Positions 38,423-51,190 of a DNA stretch of 64,000 bases are shown here, in pieces (within the stretch, counting starts at the first letter, position 1; the number at the start of each line of letters is the position of its first letter). Below the pieces are notes generated by a model. It searched no databases, was not told the origin of the DNA, and saw only the letters and a program-made list of their open reading frames with translations. Source of the DNA: Felis catus (lineage: Eukaryota); NCBI RefSeq assembly GCF_018350175.1, contig NC_058368.1, positions 62,064,001 through 62,128,000 of the forward strand. Direction: 5' to 3'. The position numbers and the translations under genes are program-made.

Positions 38423-38829
38423 TGATGGGGTTCTTGAGCAAACAGCTAAGAAAGAATTCATGAGATATCTTTGGTGCAAATAGGTGGTTTTCTTGAAGCA
38501 CGTGCACAGGACCCGTGGGCAGAAAGAGTTGCACTGGGGTTGTGAGGAGTGACTGATTATATGCTTTTAAGTTAGTGGGAGCTAGGGATAGCATAAGTCT
38601 CTAAGGAATTTGAAAGCAAGGCTTTCAGGACCTTGAAGGACTAGCTACTGTTAAGACAAGGTTAATTTTGGTCTTTAATAAATCAAAAACATTAAGGAAG
38701 TAAGGCAGCCATGTGTTGCTTGAGGAAGGTCACACTCTGCATGTTTCAGGTGTCTATCAGTAGGCTGTGAGCTGTAAGGAGATTTAATTTATGCTACATT
38801 TATTTCTCTTGCTTTTATTTCCCTCATCA
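38423..38829 (-). repeat. 5' LTR of provirus (407 bp)
   Basis: Minus-strand TGATGAGGG...CCCCATCA inverted termini; followed by PBS and splice-donor-like G|GTGAGT (38352-38358). Confidence 0.95.
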
Positions 38830-38833
38830 ATCC

Positions 38834-39280
38834 CAGTTGATGTCATTTTGTTCACAGAAAATCCAAAATAAAATCTACTACCAAATTACTGGAATTAATA
38901 AGAAATTTAGGTGATTGGATATGTGATCTTAAAAATAATCAATTTATTTTCTTGGCATTGGTAAGAGTAATTAGAAAATACAGTAAAAATAATGCATATT
39001 TATAGTAACATAAACATAAATATTTAAAAAGAAATTTGTAACATTTATGAAGGAAGTTTATGAAAAAAATGTAGTTTTATGGAAAGACATTTTGTCTCTA
39101 TGAATTGGGAGGCAATAAGGTAAAGTTGTTAATTTCTCCCACAAGTATCGAAGTAACTTGCTTTAAGTTGTACATCTCATAAAAGTTGTCCATATTGTAT
39201 CTACTTAAATTGGATCCCAAATTTAGTCAAAAAGCCAGAATTCCAATAAAATAATGAAAACAGTGGTTTTGAAAAAACAA
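38834..39280 (+). mobile_element. Old L1 ORF2 fragment, right piece split by the provirus
   Basis: gatgtcattttgttcacagaaaatccaaaa...aaattactggaattaataag resembles L1 DMILY.ENPK...KLLELI. Confidence 0.65.
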
Positions 39281-40699
39281 GTGGTAGACTATCAGGAGAC
39301 CTGGAGTTAGCACCAGGATCGTGATCATGAGAATTTTATCAGTGGTGAAAAAATACAACCCCTTGAGAAGAACAGTACATCTACTACATTTCTATGAGTT
39401 TCAGCTGATTTTTTTTATTACTCAAACAAACTAACAATTCAAGTTATCCAACAAGTAAATACTTTATTTACTTTTAATTTAGTGACCATAGGAAAATAAA
39501 CTTTCATTTCATAAAAAAAAATGAAATGCAATACCATGATTTCTTCAGGAAAACTAGTAACATCCATGCAAATTATCCTTTTAATATAAAGGAATTCAGT
39601 CTTCATAGTTACAAAGCATAAATAATTAGTTTACTAATATTATAATATCTTCCTTTACACTTTTTTTTTAAATAATCAGTTCAGGTTGGTAAGAAATTAA
39701 GTGCATTTTTGTCATGTTTTATTTACACTGCTATGGAATATACATGCAGCGAAAATAAAATATTAAGTGATACTGGTTTCAATTTTACATAGTATAACTC
39801 TTGTAGATGGATGATGTAGCCATTATTTAAATAGAATAAATGAATATTTCCATTCCTAAAAATGGGGTCAAGCTCCATATATAATGTATAATTTTTAATA
39901 TTGCAAATGACCAAGTCATTCCTTGGCCAGTTTCTATTCTCTATCAATATTATGATGTAGCATCCTAATAAATGATTACTGAGACACTGCTCTGAAGATA
40001 TCCTATACTAATGCGTCATCAGAACTACTGAGATAAAAGCAGCCCTTGTGGTGGTACATTGGTCTGACTCATACACACCCATTTAGAACATACTTGTGAA
40101 AATTAGAAAGGTTTTTTAAAGAACCCAAATCGGCAACGTGCATAGATGATAAAGGATACTTCATGTGCAACTGCTGTACAATTATTCATGCAAACAATAG
40201 CTGAGTAGAGAGATGACTGTATAAGGGCCATGGAAGAAAAGTTCTCTATAGTGTGTTTTCTGAATGAGTCACATTTTTTTTTTCATTTTGAAGATGAAAA
40301 GGAAAAAAAGAAAAGAAAAATTTTCACTCAGAATATTTCCTAAGGCCTCAAAGTTTCTAGTACCTAGGAAGTCTATTAGATATAAGATAGTTGACTGATT
40401 CATAGATTTTGTTTCTTCTATAATATTTAAACAAGTTAGTAGATCATTTGTCAGTAGCAGAATCATGATCCAAATAGTGGTCAATCTAAATCCAAAGCCA
40501 ATACTTGAAATTATTACTCCCTAAAATCTGTCAACAGCATCATGTAAAGAAACATAAATTGTTTCTGTTTTGTGCTTCCCAATGGAATTCTTTATTAGTG
40601 CAATCTCTGGAGGACATTATTAAATCAACTATCTCAGCTTATTAGAATCTCAACTACTTGCTTAATGAACTTGGAATATAATAAATATCTTTGATTTTT

Positions 40700-40730
40700 T
40701 TTTAATTTTTTTTAACATTTATTCATTTTT

Positions 40731-40768
<38 letters not shown>

Positions 40769-40934
40769 ATAGGCAGGGGAGGGGCAGAGAGAGAGAGGGA
40801 GACAGAATCCGAAGCAGGCTCCAGGCATCGAGCTGTCAGCACAGGGCCCGATGCGGGTCTTGAACTCACGGACTGCGAGGTCATGACCTGAGCAGAAGTT
40901 GGACGCTCAACCGACTGAGCCACCTAGGCACCCC
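40700..40934 (-). mobile_element. CAN-SINE with long (GA)n tract
   Basis: TSD tatctttgattttt at 40686-40699 and 40937-40950. Confidence 0.95.
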
Positions 40935-43778
40935 ATTATCTTTGATTTTTAAGTAGGCTTCTTAAGTGGTAAGAATTAGGGGAATATTCATATGTTATCC
41001 TTTCTGCTTAGATGTCCCATCTCTTTAGAGATACTGCTAGCAAGATTAAAGGGTAAGAAATTTAGGAAATTTGTCAGTTTTCTGAGAGGTTGATGCTAAC
41101 CAACCTCATAGTAGATCTATTCCCTCCATTATTCTGGTAAGTGCTTGCTTTTTGGTTGATGAATGATTGTCTAAATCCTTCCTTCCTTTACTTAAAATGT
41201 TTTTGAAACATTTTCTATATGCCAGTAACTATATGAAAAGCTGAGAATAGCAGAATGGAATGAACTTGGTTCTTTGCTTAAGGGTCTCACAGTCTATAGG
41301 AAGGAACAGATAAATAATTCCAGAAAAGTCAGAAACTATAAAACGAACACTTAAGCATTAATTAATACAAAGATTTTTGCTTTCCAAAGGTTAAATTCAG
41401 ATTTTTTTTAAATAAAATTATCATATTTTTCTTATTTCAGTATCAGACATTAAGTTTACTATTTCAAGCTGGGTATTTTTTTTCTACTGTAAGAAAAATC
41501 TAACTTTTACATTTTTGATAATTTGGTCCTAAATTTCTACAAAGATATTAAAACATTATTGTGTTTTTTACTATTACTATAGGATGTTGGATATTCACCC
41601 ATAGGAGTATAGAAACTACCTCCATAGGATAAGGAAACAGACAAAGACTGGTTACCTTTTTCAGTTTACTTGTTCTTCTGCTTAAGATGGTCCCTATTCT
41701 GTGCTTGGAAATAACTAATCCAAATGTTTAAACTATGTTTTTGTTGCAGTTATTTTTGTTACTCTTTATCTTTAGACTTATCTCCCTATTCCATTCATGT
41801 CCTTTGTAGTCCCTTCCACACACAGCAGACAAATATGCTAAAATGTTAAGTGAAATTGTATGAGGGTCCATGGCTCACTATCCTCCACCATTTCCTGTAT
41901 TGCTCACGTTAAAGCAAATACTCTATAGTGGCCTCAAGACCCCACGTGACCTCCTATATCTCTAACCTCATCTCCTATGATGCATTCTCTTGCCTTCAAC
42001 ATTCCAAGAATACTCCCCACTTCTTCTTCTTTCATTATTCAAAATAAACATTTTTCTCAGTGCCTATGGCCTTGTCATTCCTTTGACCAGGGAGAGGATA
42101 TGAAAGAAACTTGGTAGGAGTTTTCCATAATCAAGCACTACCAATTACATATTGTGAAACAAAAAACACTTTTCTAAACTAGAAATTAAAAAATAAATAA
42201 AGTTTCATAAACTATACTAGGGAAAAGACAATTATTTTTCTGTCTTTCAAGTGAAATTCTATAAAATTTTTAATCAGAATAAAACATATGCAACAAGTGT
42301 TTTATTGGTTCAACATACAAACAGTAGAGAGTCAAAAAATGTACAGAATAAGTATTATAGAGATGCATCAGGCAGTTAATTATAAATATTATAAATATAA
42401 ATTATATCTACATGCAAATCTATTCATAACATTTAAATTCATAAATATAGTATGCTACTTTTCTGGATTTTGACATGTCTGTTATTTCCAGCTTACTTAA
42501 ATTCATAACTGGCTGTGATTTATGTTCTCTATCTAAAAATTTGTTTACTTTGTGACTAATTTTGTGTTATTTTTCTTGGAAAGAATTTCTATAATTGCCT
42601 GAACTTCAAATCCCATGACCCTGAGACCTACCCTGCTTTTAGCCCACACAGAGGCAGTAACAGTCCCTTCAATTCCTTTTTAATCAAGGTTCCTGAACAG
42701 CCTAAGTAAAAAACGACCCTCTCTTACTTGTGTGCTATCTCACCCCTCATTTTCTTTTTCTGTTACTTTTATATTTGAAAATCCTATAAATCCAATCTGT
42801 GGCATATTATTGGAATTGAAGCTGAAAAATACTTTCATAAACTGTGTAAAACTAACTTATAGATAAAAGGCAAGAAAGAAGCCCCAGATATTCTAGCCAT
42901 ATTTGTTTTCGAGAAAAAATGAACATGATGTAAACATACCATCTGTTTCTTCCCTTAAACCTTACTGTCCATATTGTGCTATATTTGGCATAGTAGTCAC
43001 ATGTATGGTTAAGATTTTAGAGACAACACATTTATCTTTCTCTTCTTTGTAATACTGACTTTCCTAATAATTGCCAATCATGTCTTCATATTTCGCCAAT
43101 TACTTTCAGAGGGCACAGAGTTCTAGTCAAAAGACAATTTTTTTTTTCAGTGAAACAATGTGTATACTATTTGGCCCTTGGTTAAGAGGCACTTGTATGG
43201 TCACATTAATCAAGCCCAATTACTTCATAAAAGTTTCCATGCTAATCCTCCCGAAGAGAGAGAGCTAAAGGAAACAGGAATTCATTCAGTGTCAATATAT
43301 TAAATGTTTGCTTTTAATTAAATTTTGTGTCATTTAGCATTTGTGGAATGAAAAATGCCATGGCAAGTATAAATCAATAAAAATAAATAAGTTTTTTATT
43401 CTCTCACAGAATGCTCACTGATAAATAAATATGAACTAGAAATAAAAGCTTAAAAACACATTTTGCCATTCAGAGTAAAACCAATCCATCTGGCCAATGA
43501 GAAAAAAGGTTTTTTTATATTATTTTTTACAGTTTTCTAACAAATTGCTGCTTTTAGAATTTGACTCAGTGATCATAAGAAATTAAAATGTTGTCATGAT
43601 ATCATATTATACTGATGCTTTGCTATTCCCTCAACTCTTATTTGAATAAAACAATAGTTCAGCTATAACAACGTGCCTAGCTATGATTTAAGTTTAAAAT
43701 TCATGTTGAGAATTTTATGCTAATATCTACTTTTTAATTGGTTTGCACTATTTTTCTTACTTCTTATACTGTATACAA

Positions 43779-44351
43779 TGTTGAACTTTACCCAAGCCCT
43801 TGATTTTGGAAAACACCTATGGTTAGAGAATTCTCCTCCCACCACCCTTTTGTGTTCCAGAAAATGACTCACTACAAAGAACCACCCACATTCATAAGAC
43901 TTGGATAAAACTTTACCTGTGACAAGGCCAGACATGGTCCCTCTAAATTCCCATTTGTCACCTTATAAATTATTAGATGAACTGTTTTGCCACTAGTTAC
44001 CAGTCAGAACTAAAACCAAAGTTAAGGATCTTCTCCTTCCCCTGGGATCCCTGAACTTTGGTCCGCCCTCAAACTGACTCAGCACAGAGCCTTTCCATAA
44101 GGGCCACTCTGGAGCAAGTGCCTCAGCATCAAACATTTTTTCATATAATTCCCAATTATACAACAGTTTCCTTTTACCCCTCAACCCCTAGTTCTTTCTA
44201 GCCTTGTTTACCCTCTATAAAAGAAAAACCCTTTTGCCCAACTCTTGTGAAACTAACAGATCATATTTCAGAGTGTCCTCATTGTTCTTTTTCAAATGAA
44301 GTCCCTCCTCATCCAAGTCTGCATGTATTGTTAATTTAACTTTTTATAACA
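43779..44351 (+). mobile_element. ERV1 solo LTR (MER67-like)
   Basis: Starts tgttgaactttacccaagccc; cccttttgtgttccag, gacaaggccagaca, cctgaactttgg, TATA-like ctataaaag; ends ...aaca. Confidence 0.7.
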
Positions 44352-44368
44352 TATTTACTTTAGAATTC

Positions 44369-44817
44369 TGTGAAGGGTATGTGACGTCAAACTTAAAAGA
44401 AAAACAGCTAGTTATTTATTCAGGAATAGGAGGGAAATCGCGATTTGAGACATCCAAGATATGGCCAAACCATAGGCAAGCCCAGAGATCAAAGGAGTGA
44501 AATACAACCTTATCAAGAAAAGAATGAAGTTGTGAAGAACTGCTTTGAATGAAAATCCATTGGAAGAAAAAGAGAGTTCAGGGTAGTGAGAGTTTCTTAT
44601 TGGCTGAGTTGCGGTATTTCTGATTGGCTGTGCTTGTTGCTACCCAAGGAGAAATTCTTCCTGTTGTTGGAGTACTGAAGCATATTTCTCCCTGTTGCAA
44701 ATGTAGCATGCCCCTCTTGTCGGGGTCTGCAATTGAGGGGAAGTGGTAGTGTGTAAGAGTTTTTCCTCTGGCCTCCCAAATCCATTTCAAGCGAGGTTTC
44801 CTTTATTCAGTTTTACA
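44369..44817 (-). mobile_element. Solo LTR, family unassigned
   Basis: TG...CA bounded ~450 bp; minus-strand AATAAA near 44415-44420 and repeated CCAAT boxes (attgg at ~44559, ~44599, ~44623). Confidence 0.6.
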
Positions 44818-44961
44818 GTGGGGACTGAAAGTCCTTGTACAATCTTTAAATCTCTTAAATTTCTTGAAAATGAAAAGTTAAAGAAACCAAAGAACCTTTT
44901 TCAGTGTACACATTATAGACCTCTTGGAACTCATTTTATGAAACTGATAAGTTGATAATTG

Positions 44962-45505
44962 CTGAGGAAGAAAATACAAAGAAGTCAGTTTAAAACATGG
45001 CTCTTGCTATTTATTCAGCATCTGTGTAAAGACATTGATGAGCGGAATGGTTGAAGCAGGCTTCTTGGAGAATCTCACCTTAGTTCTGGACACACTTGTA
45101 TTACAGGTTCTCTTTTCTCTTTTGTATATTTGTACATACAGAAAGAGCACTCAAAAATCATGACCAAATGATTGAGCCCTTATATCCCATCCTGAGCTAA
45201 GAAAAGGGTAGGGCTCTGCACTTTGAATGGGAGAAATACAATTCAGGAAGGAGAGAAGAGGAGAAGTTTAGGAAACAAAGTTTGTTCTGCCATGCCGATA
45301 AGTTTCTTGGGTGGAAAAGTGATATCTGATACTAACTCTAGTCCTGGTACAAGCTCCCTTTCTAATGTAAATTTCCCTTACAGAAAACAGTAACTTCTAT
45401 TCTGTTTTCAGAACTTCTGTGTCTGTAGTTTCTCAAAATAATCAGCTCAAAATAATCCCATGCCAAATAGCCAAGTTTTGGGGAGGCATATTCTACTACC
45501 TTTCA
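44962..45505 (-). mobile_element. MER34/MER39-type ERV1 solo LTR
   Basis: Minus-strand start tgaaaggtagtagaatatgcc...gattattttgagctg is nearly the same as the start of the LTR at 47345. Confidence 0.75.
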
Positions 45506-46485
45506 TTAGTTTCTCACAAAATTAAACACACTCTCCCATCTTACCATAGATGCAGCAATCATGCTCTTCGGTATTTACCTCAAAGAGCTGAAAATTGTGT
45601 CCAAACAGGAACCTGCACACAGAAATTTATAGGAACGTTTTTAATAACTGTCAAAGCTTGAAGCAGCCAAGGTGTCCTTCAGGAGGAGAATTGATAAACT
45701 GTGGAATATTCGGACATTAGAATATTATGCAGCGCTAAAAAGAAATGAACGAAAACCCCATGAAAACACACGGTGGAAACTTAAATAGGTACAAGCAATG
45801 AAAGAAGCCAATCTGAAAGGCCAGAAAAAGCATGAGTACAACACAATAAGATATTATGAAAGAGACCACATTCACTGCACATGTTATCTTAATAATTATT
45901 CTTTTTTATTATTATTGTTCTTAATCTCTTGAAGTGCTTAATTTACAAGTTAAACTTGATCATAGATGTGTATGTGGAGAGAAAACAGTATATAGAGGAT
46001 TCTGTACTATCTGTGGTTTCAGGAATCCACTGGGAGTCTTGGAACATACCCCCAAGATAAGGGGAGACCACTGTAAATAAAACTTTGGAAAAGGCAAAAC
46101 TATAGAGACAGTAAAAGATCAGCGGTTGTCAGGGGTACATAAGGAGATAGGATTGAATAGGCAGAGCTCAGAGGATTTTTAGGGCAGTGAAAGTATTGTG
46201 TATGAATCTATAATGATGGGTACTTGTCATTACACATTTGTCCAAACCCATAGGATGTACAACACCAAGAGTGAGGCTGTAGGTAAACTATGGACTTTGG
46301 GTAATAATCATGTGTCAGTGTGGGTTTGTCAGTTTTAACAAATGTACCATTGTATGTGTAGTGTTGATTGTAGGAGAGGCTGTGCATGTGTGAGGGCATG
46401 GTGTATATGGGAAAATCTCTGTACTTCCCAATTTTGTTGTGAACTTAAAACTACTGTAAATTTAAGTCTTTAAATATGAAAAAAA
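45506..46485 (+). mobile_element. L1 3' end (L1MC-like), interrupted by a Tigger
   Basis: cagcaatcatgctcttcggtatttac...ttggaaaaggcaaaactatagagacagtaaaagatcagcggttgtcaggg...tgtgaacttaaaactactgta, then A-rich tail. Confidence 0.85.
45825..46074. mobile_element. Tigger4 (Zombi)-like TcMar DNA transposon fragment
   Basis: gagtacaacacaataagatatt...gtactatctgtggtttcaggaatccactgggagtcttggaacata...gataagggga...ctgta terminus. Confidence 0.8.
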
Positions 46486-47167
46486 TCAATTATTTTTAAA
46501 GCAATAGAAATAGCAAAAAGTTCCAACCACTGCTTGATTATAGAATTTGTATTCTATGTATTTCTTAGCTACAATTTGTTTTGAAATATAGGTGATTTTG
46601 TTATTGTTGCCGTTCAGAGCACACGTGGTAGATGCTAGGGAGATTTTCTTTAACACAAACCAGATAAAAATGTTCATTATGAAAAAAATTTAAAGGAGTT
46701 GTTCAAATTTGAAAAGCTTTCAAATGTCACACACACTTTACATGAAATCATGAAAGGTGATTTATATTTTGCTATTGTTACATCACTAGTCACTTTATTT
46801 TCTTAAGAAAACAGAATGATCATAAAAGCAAAAGATCTACAGGCTTGTGACTGGCAGACAAGAGGCAAGTTGACAATAAAAATATGAAGTGGAAAGCAAA
46901 CGGAATGCCTGAGGCCAGGTCCCAATAATACCCAAAGTGAGAGATTTCAGAAAACGTTATTTAATATAAGCATGCCAGGGTTGAGAGCCTCTAGAGGTAT
47001 GCTTTTATGCCAGGCTTGAGGTATTTCCCCAGGGAATTCCATAGAAAATGTAACAGTATTTTAAAGCTTAAACTGGTAGTCATTTGACTCAAATGCCCCT
47101 AAGCCCCTAAGGGAAAGGGAAATTTTAGGAATCAACGTGTGCGTAGTGAAAGGAGACTCGGGAATTA

Positions 47168-47230
47168 AAACTTATTCAAGACAATCTTTGAAACTTCAAG
47201 ACAATATTTGAAACTTATTCAAGACGATCT
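47168..47230. repeat. Short tandem repeat, about 3 copies of a 20-23 bp unit
   Basis: aaacttattcaagacaatctttg / aaacttcaagacaatatttg / aaacttattcaagacgatct. Confidence 0.85.
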
Positions 47231-47344
47231 AGCCCTGATCATTGCTCAATATATGCTTCTAATTAAATGTCAACAGTGACATTCCAAAACATCTTTGTGG
47301 GATATCAAAGCATATAGGAACAAGGCAAGAGGTTGTCTGACCAG

Positions 47345-47948
47345 TGAAAGGTAGTAGAATATGCCACTCCAAATGCCATCTCTGTAGGCCTGCAGCACAT
47401 GCTAAAATGAACCACTTTGTCATGTTGATTATTTTGAGCTGTAGGCAACTGAAAAACAGCAAATGCAGGGAGAGGCTTTCTCTGAACTCCCCTTGTCTGC
47501 CTAAAGACACATCCTCCAAAAGGAACTCAAATGTCATAAATCCCCTCTGCAGGAGATTCATCAACCAGAGAAAACTGACTTTTATCACAGGAGAGGAGAC
47601 TAGATGTCTGCACCACACCCTGACGTACTGTCCCAATCTATTCTACCTCTCATCTATTCTAAGGGCCTATTCATCTTCTCTGAAAATCATTCACTCTTCC
47701 CTAAGAGGCCTACATCCCTCTCCCTTTGCCTCTTAAGATAGTATTTAAGCCTGAATTCTAAGCCACCTTGGGGAGTTACTCATTTTCTTCTGCATAATTC
47801 CCATGTACACATGAGGTTCCATGTCAACAAACTTTTGTTTTGTGGTTTTGGTTTTGGTTTTGTTTTCTCTTGTTAAGCTGTCTTTTATTACAGGAGTCTC
47901 AGCTAAGAACTCAGAAAGGTAGAGAAAAATTATTTCTCCTTCCCTACA
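47345..47948 (+). mobile_element. MER34-type ERV1 solo LTR
   Basis: tgaaaggtagtagaatatgccac...ttattttgagctg...tttctccttccctaca; flanks ccag/ccat (3 of 4 TSD match). Confidence 0.85.
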
Positions 47949-49324
47949 CCATCAATCATATTTAAAATCTAAAATTCTGAAAGTTTATTCACCATTTAAA
48001 ACCAAATGTATAAGAAGGTAGAGAATATGAGAAAAGAGAAACACATATACCAGAGAGTAATTTTTTTAACCATACAAACACAATATTAAGTACCGTTGAA
48101 AAGAAGAATTGTAGTGAGCCATTTTTGTATTTCTAAGAGCTGCAAGCTGAATAAAAGTAATGTGAAACTATTAAATGAGATGACCTGACCTGCTAAAAGC
48201 AATTTAAATCTCACTAAAGGAAATATTCAGCACTTTTCACATGTAGATAGAAATAGTTGTCTTCCAAAGGGTCAGTTATGTTACAAAGACTAAAACATAT
48301 GGGGGAATATCAGAAAATTGCCCTTTGGATACTTAATGGAGAACATTATAAATGACCTTGTGCCTAGCGAATTGAGTCTGAAAAGATTCAATCAGCTGGC
48401 ACTGGTGAGCATAATACAATTTTTTAAAACTTTAATACCTAGTTATTTTCAGCCAGAAGGCAATTATTTTTTTCCTGGTAGAGTAGGCATTTTGTGGATC
48501 CTGTTTTAATTTGTGACTCCAGAATATATCAGTTTTTTGAATTACAAATTTGACCAAAACCTGTCATGAATAAATACATTGATATACTTACCCTGAATAT
48601 ATCATAGTTTATACATAGAAATATATATGATGCAAAATTATTTTGTTTTGTGTCAAGTAATATATTGATAGTCTATAATTCAAATTATCAGAAAGTAGTG
48701 TTCATTAAAAATTTATTCTAAGGGAAAGGTAAAATAATGGGTTGTAGTTGTAAAATACATAATAATATAGCTACTCAGGAAAAGAATCAGAAGGAAAAAA
48801 AAAGAGCAAGAGAAATGAAAACATTTCTTGACAAATACCTATTTCATAATGGATCTGCAAAGCTAATTGTGAAAGCTTTCTTCATCTACATGAAAACAGC
48901 AAATATCAAATACTGGGTTTCTCTATTTTACATATCCTCATATTTTATGTATGGCAAAGTATGCAATGTGAAATACATTTACCCCTCTGGGACATGTCTA
49001 GCTCTTTCAAGTTCAAATATGCATCCTAGATTATGTTTCTAAAAGTGTTTACTGTTTTGAACTGATACATGTGATATCTTAAAACAAATGTCACTTTATT
49101 CAGGATACCAGACTATAACCTCTTAAGGGCAAAGTATTTTGTACATATCCAGGAGATCTGGGACACAGGAGGCATTCAATATTTATTGGTTGAATGTAAA
49201 CAGTATATGAATTAATTTTAAAATATGTAAAGATTGTCTTATAATATTAATGTTTCTATTTTTACTCTGAGAGTTTATCTGAGAAGATATATCATCATGT
49301 AATAAAAGAAAAAAATGAATTAGG

Positions 49325-49480
49325 ATGGTTTCACTCCTGATAATTATTACCTATGGGACATTGGGCAAGTCACATAGCCATTTGAATTTTAGTTTCCTCA
49401 TTTCTAAAATGTAGTTCGTATTTATTTATTTTTTTAATTCTATTCTGTCTTCCCTGGGTTCTTATGGGTATATGTGTAAA
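49325..49480 (+). mobile_element. MIR fragment
   Basis: ttgggcaagtcacatagcc...tagtttcctcatttctaaaatg MIR core. Confidence 0.65.
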
Positions 49481-50985
49481 GTTACCTTTTAACCAAAAGC
49501 TCCAATATTTTTTGGAGAAAATACTCAATTTGAAGATCTTTGAAATTAAAGCTTAAAGTACAAAATTTTTGAAAATCTTCATTTTTTATTGCACAGAATA
49601 ATTACATCTATGTGCTATGTAAAATTTCTTTTTACCAACTATGTTGCCGGGTATAATTCTGAATATAGTTATTTATTAAAAATATGCTTGCTTGGCATGT
49701 CTTTGAATGTTTGCCTGAGATTCAAAAGGCTGTTTTAAAACTAATTAATTTTATATACTTCCCCACATTTTGCCTCATTATGACTGATGTGTTTGAGAGC
49801 AGTTCCACAGTTTGAAGAAATAATGCCATATAAAATTCTAGTGTTATTATTCTGCCAAGTTATTTAGTACATCACGTACAAAATCTAACATTTTAGTTCC
49901 TGAAGTAACTTATGTAACCTTACACCCATAAACTTTTTACAAGCATAAGTACATAGAGACAAGTACATATTCATTCTCTTAGTTCTGCCTTTAAGTGACT
50001 GTATTCTTCACACAGCCCTGTGATTTTCTTTTATGAACTGCTATCCTGTTTGATTCTTAAAGACTTTCATACACAATAAACTTATTTGTTCCAAAATTTA
50101 AGCATGCTTTTGTAGGAGTTCAATGGAAGGGAAGATAAATGTCTGTGTTGCAAGAACAAACTTATCCATATCTCAGTGAAACCTTAAAACCCATCAATCT
50201 GAACAAAAACATCTTCCCCTCCCTCTGTTAATGGTGAAGCTCTTGGAGGCTTGGAGGGGGTTTAATTATTGCACTGCTGGCTAAAATAGTACATTTGACT
50301 AGTAATTATTCATATAATTATATTTGTTGAGTATCTTCTGTAAGCCAGACACAGGGTTGGCTGACAGGAGTAGATTGATAAATGAAAGAAACCTGATCCC
50401 TACCTCAAACGGTAACCCATAGTTTCCTGTGAAAGACAAATAGTACACAAAGAATTAAACAACTAGCTGTAACTGTAATAAATTCTATAAAGGACAATAT
50501 AACATGCTTAGAAAATGTGTATTAGGACCACATGGCCTAGTCTTAAGAGCAGGGAAAGTTTTCATGGAAAAGTGGCATGTAAATTAAGATTTGGATTGAT
50601 TCTTATTTTGTGATGGAGGTTATTACAGATGCTTCTTTTAAAATATGTCATTTTCTTCCTCAGTTTTAATCGTTCTTTTATCCAAATTTAGTTATAAATA
50701 AACAATTTAAAAATATTATTATTTAGGTAAACCTTTAAGGATGCTATAATACTTTACAAAAGCATTAAAACCTCCATTCTCAGGAGCCAACAAAACAAAG
50801 AAATTTAAAAAAAGAGGCAGATAAACTGCACCAGACTTGGTGTATCATTACAGTGATGGACTTGGGAAATATCCTATTCCTGATTGTGAATCTAGACCGT
50901 TAACCAATACAATGATTCAATGATAATAATCCGCAGAAAGACCATAGATATTTAATAATTGACTCATTTAAATGTGTGCACCATT

Positions 50986-51107
50986 GGGGCGCCTGGGTGG
51001 CTCAGTTAGTCAAGCGCCGGACTCTTGATTTCCACTCAGGTCATGATCTCATGGTATGCAAGTTTGAGCCCTGCGTGGGGTTCTGTGCTAATGCCACCCT
51101 GCTTGGG

Positions 51108-51156
<49 letters not shown>

Positions 51157-51190
51157 GTGTCTCTCAAAAATATATGAATAAACATTAAAA
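50986..51190 (+). mobile_element. CAN-SINE with long (CT)n
   Basis: TSD tgtg(t/a)gcaccatt at 50973-50985 and 51193-51205. Confidence 0.94.

Larger units (their letters stand above)
32378..38829 (-). mobile_element. Complete two-LTR class I (ERV1/gamma-like) provirus, apparently non-autonomous (no pol recognised)
   Basis: Direct-repeat LTRs 32378-32777 and 38423-38829; 4-bp TSD ATCC at 32374-32377 and 38830-38833; PBS-like TGG after the 5' LTR; purine tract before the 3' LTR; gag and env remnants in correct order and orientation. Confidence 0.95.

Noticed and set aside
47168..47230. Repeat array considered as CRISPR-like
   Set aside because: Only about 3 adjacent units, no spacers, eukaryotic context; simple slippage duplication.
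47259..47736. Overlapping 125-aa and 130-aa ORFs
   Set aside because: Both lie largely within a MER34-type LTR and show no recognisable protein motifs.
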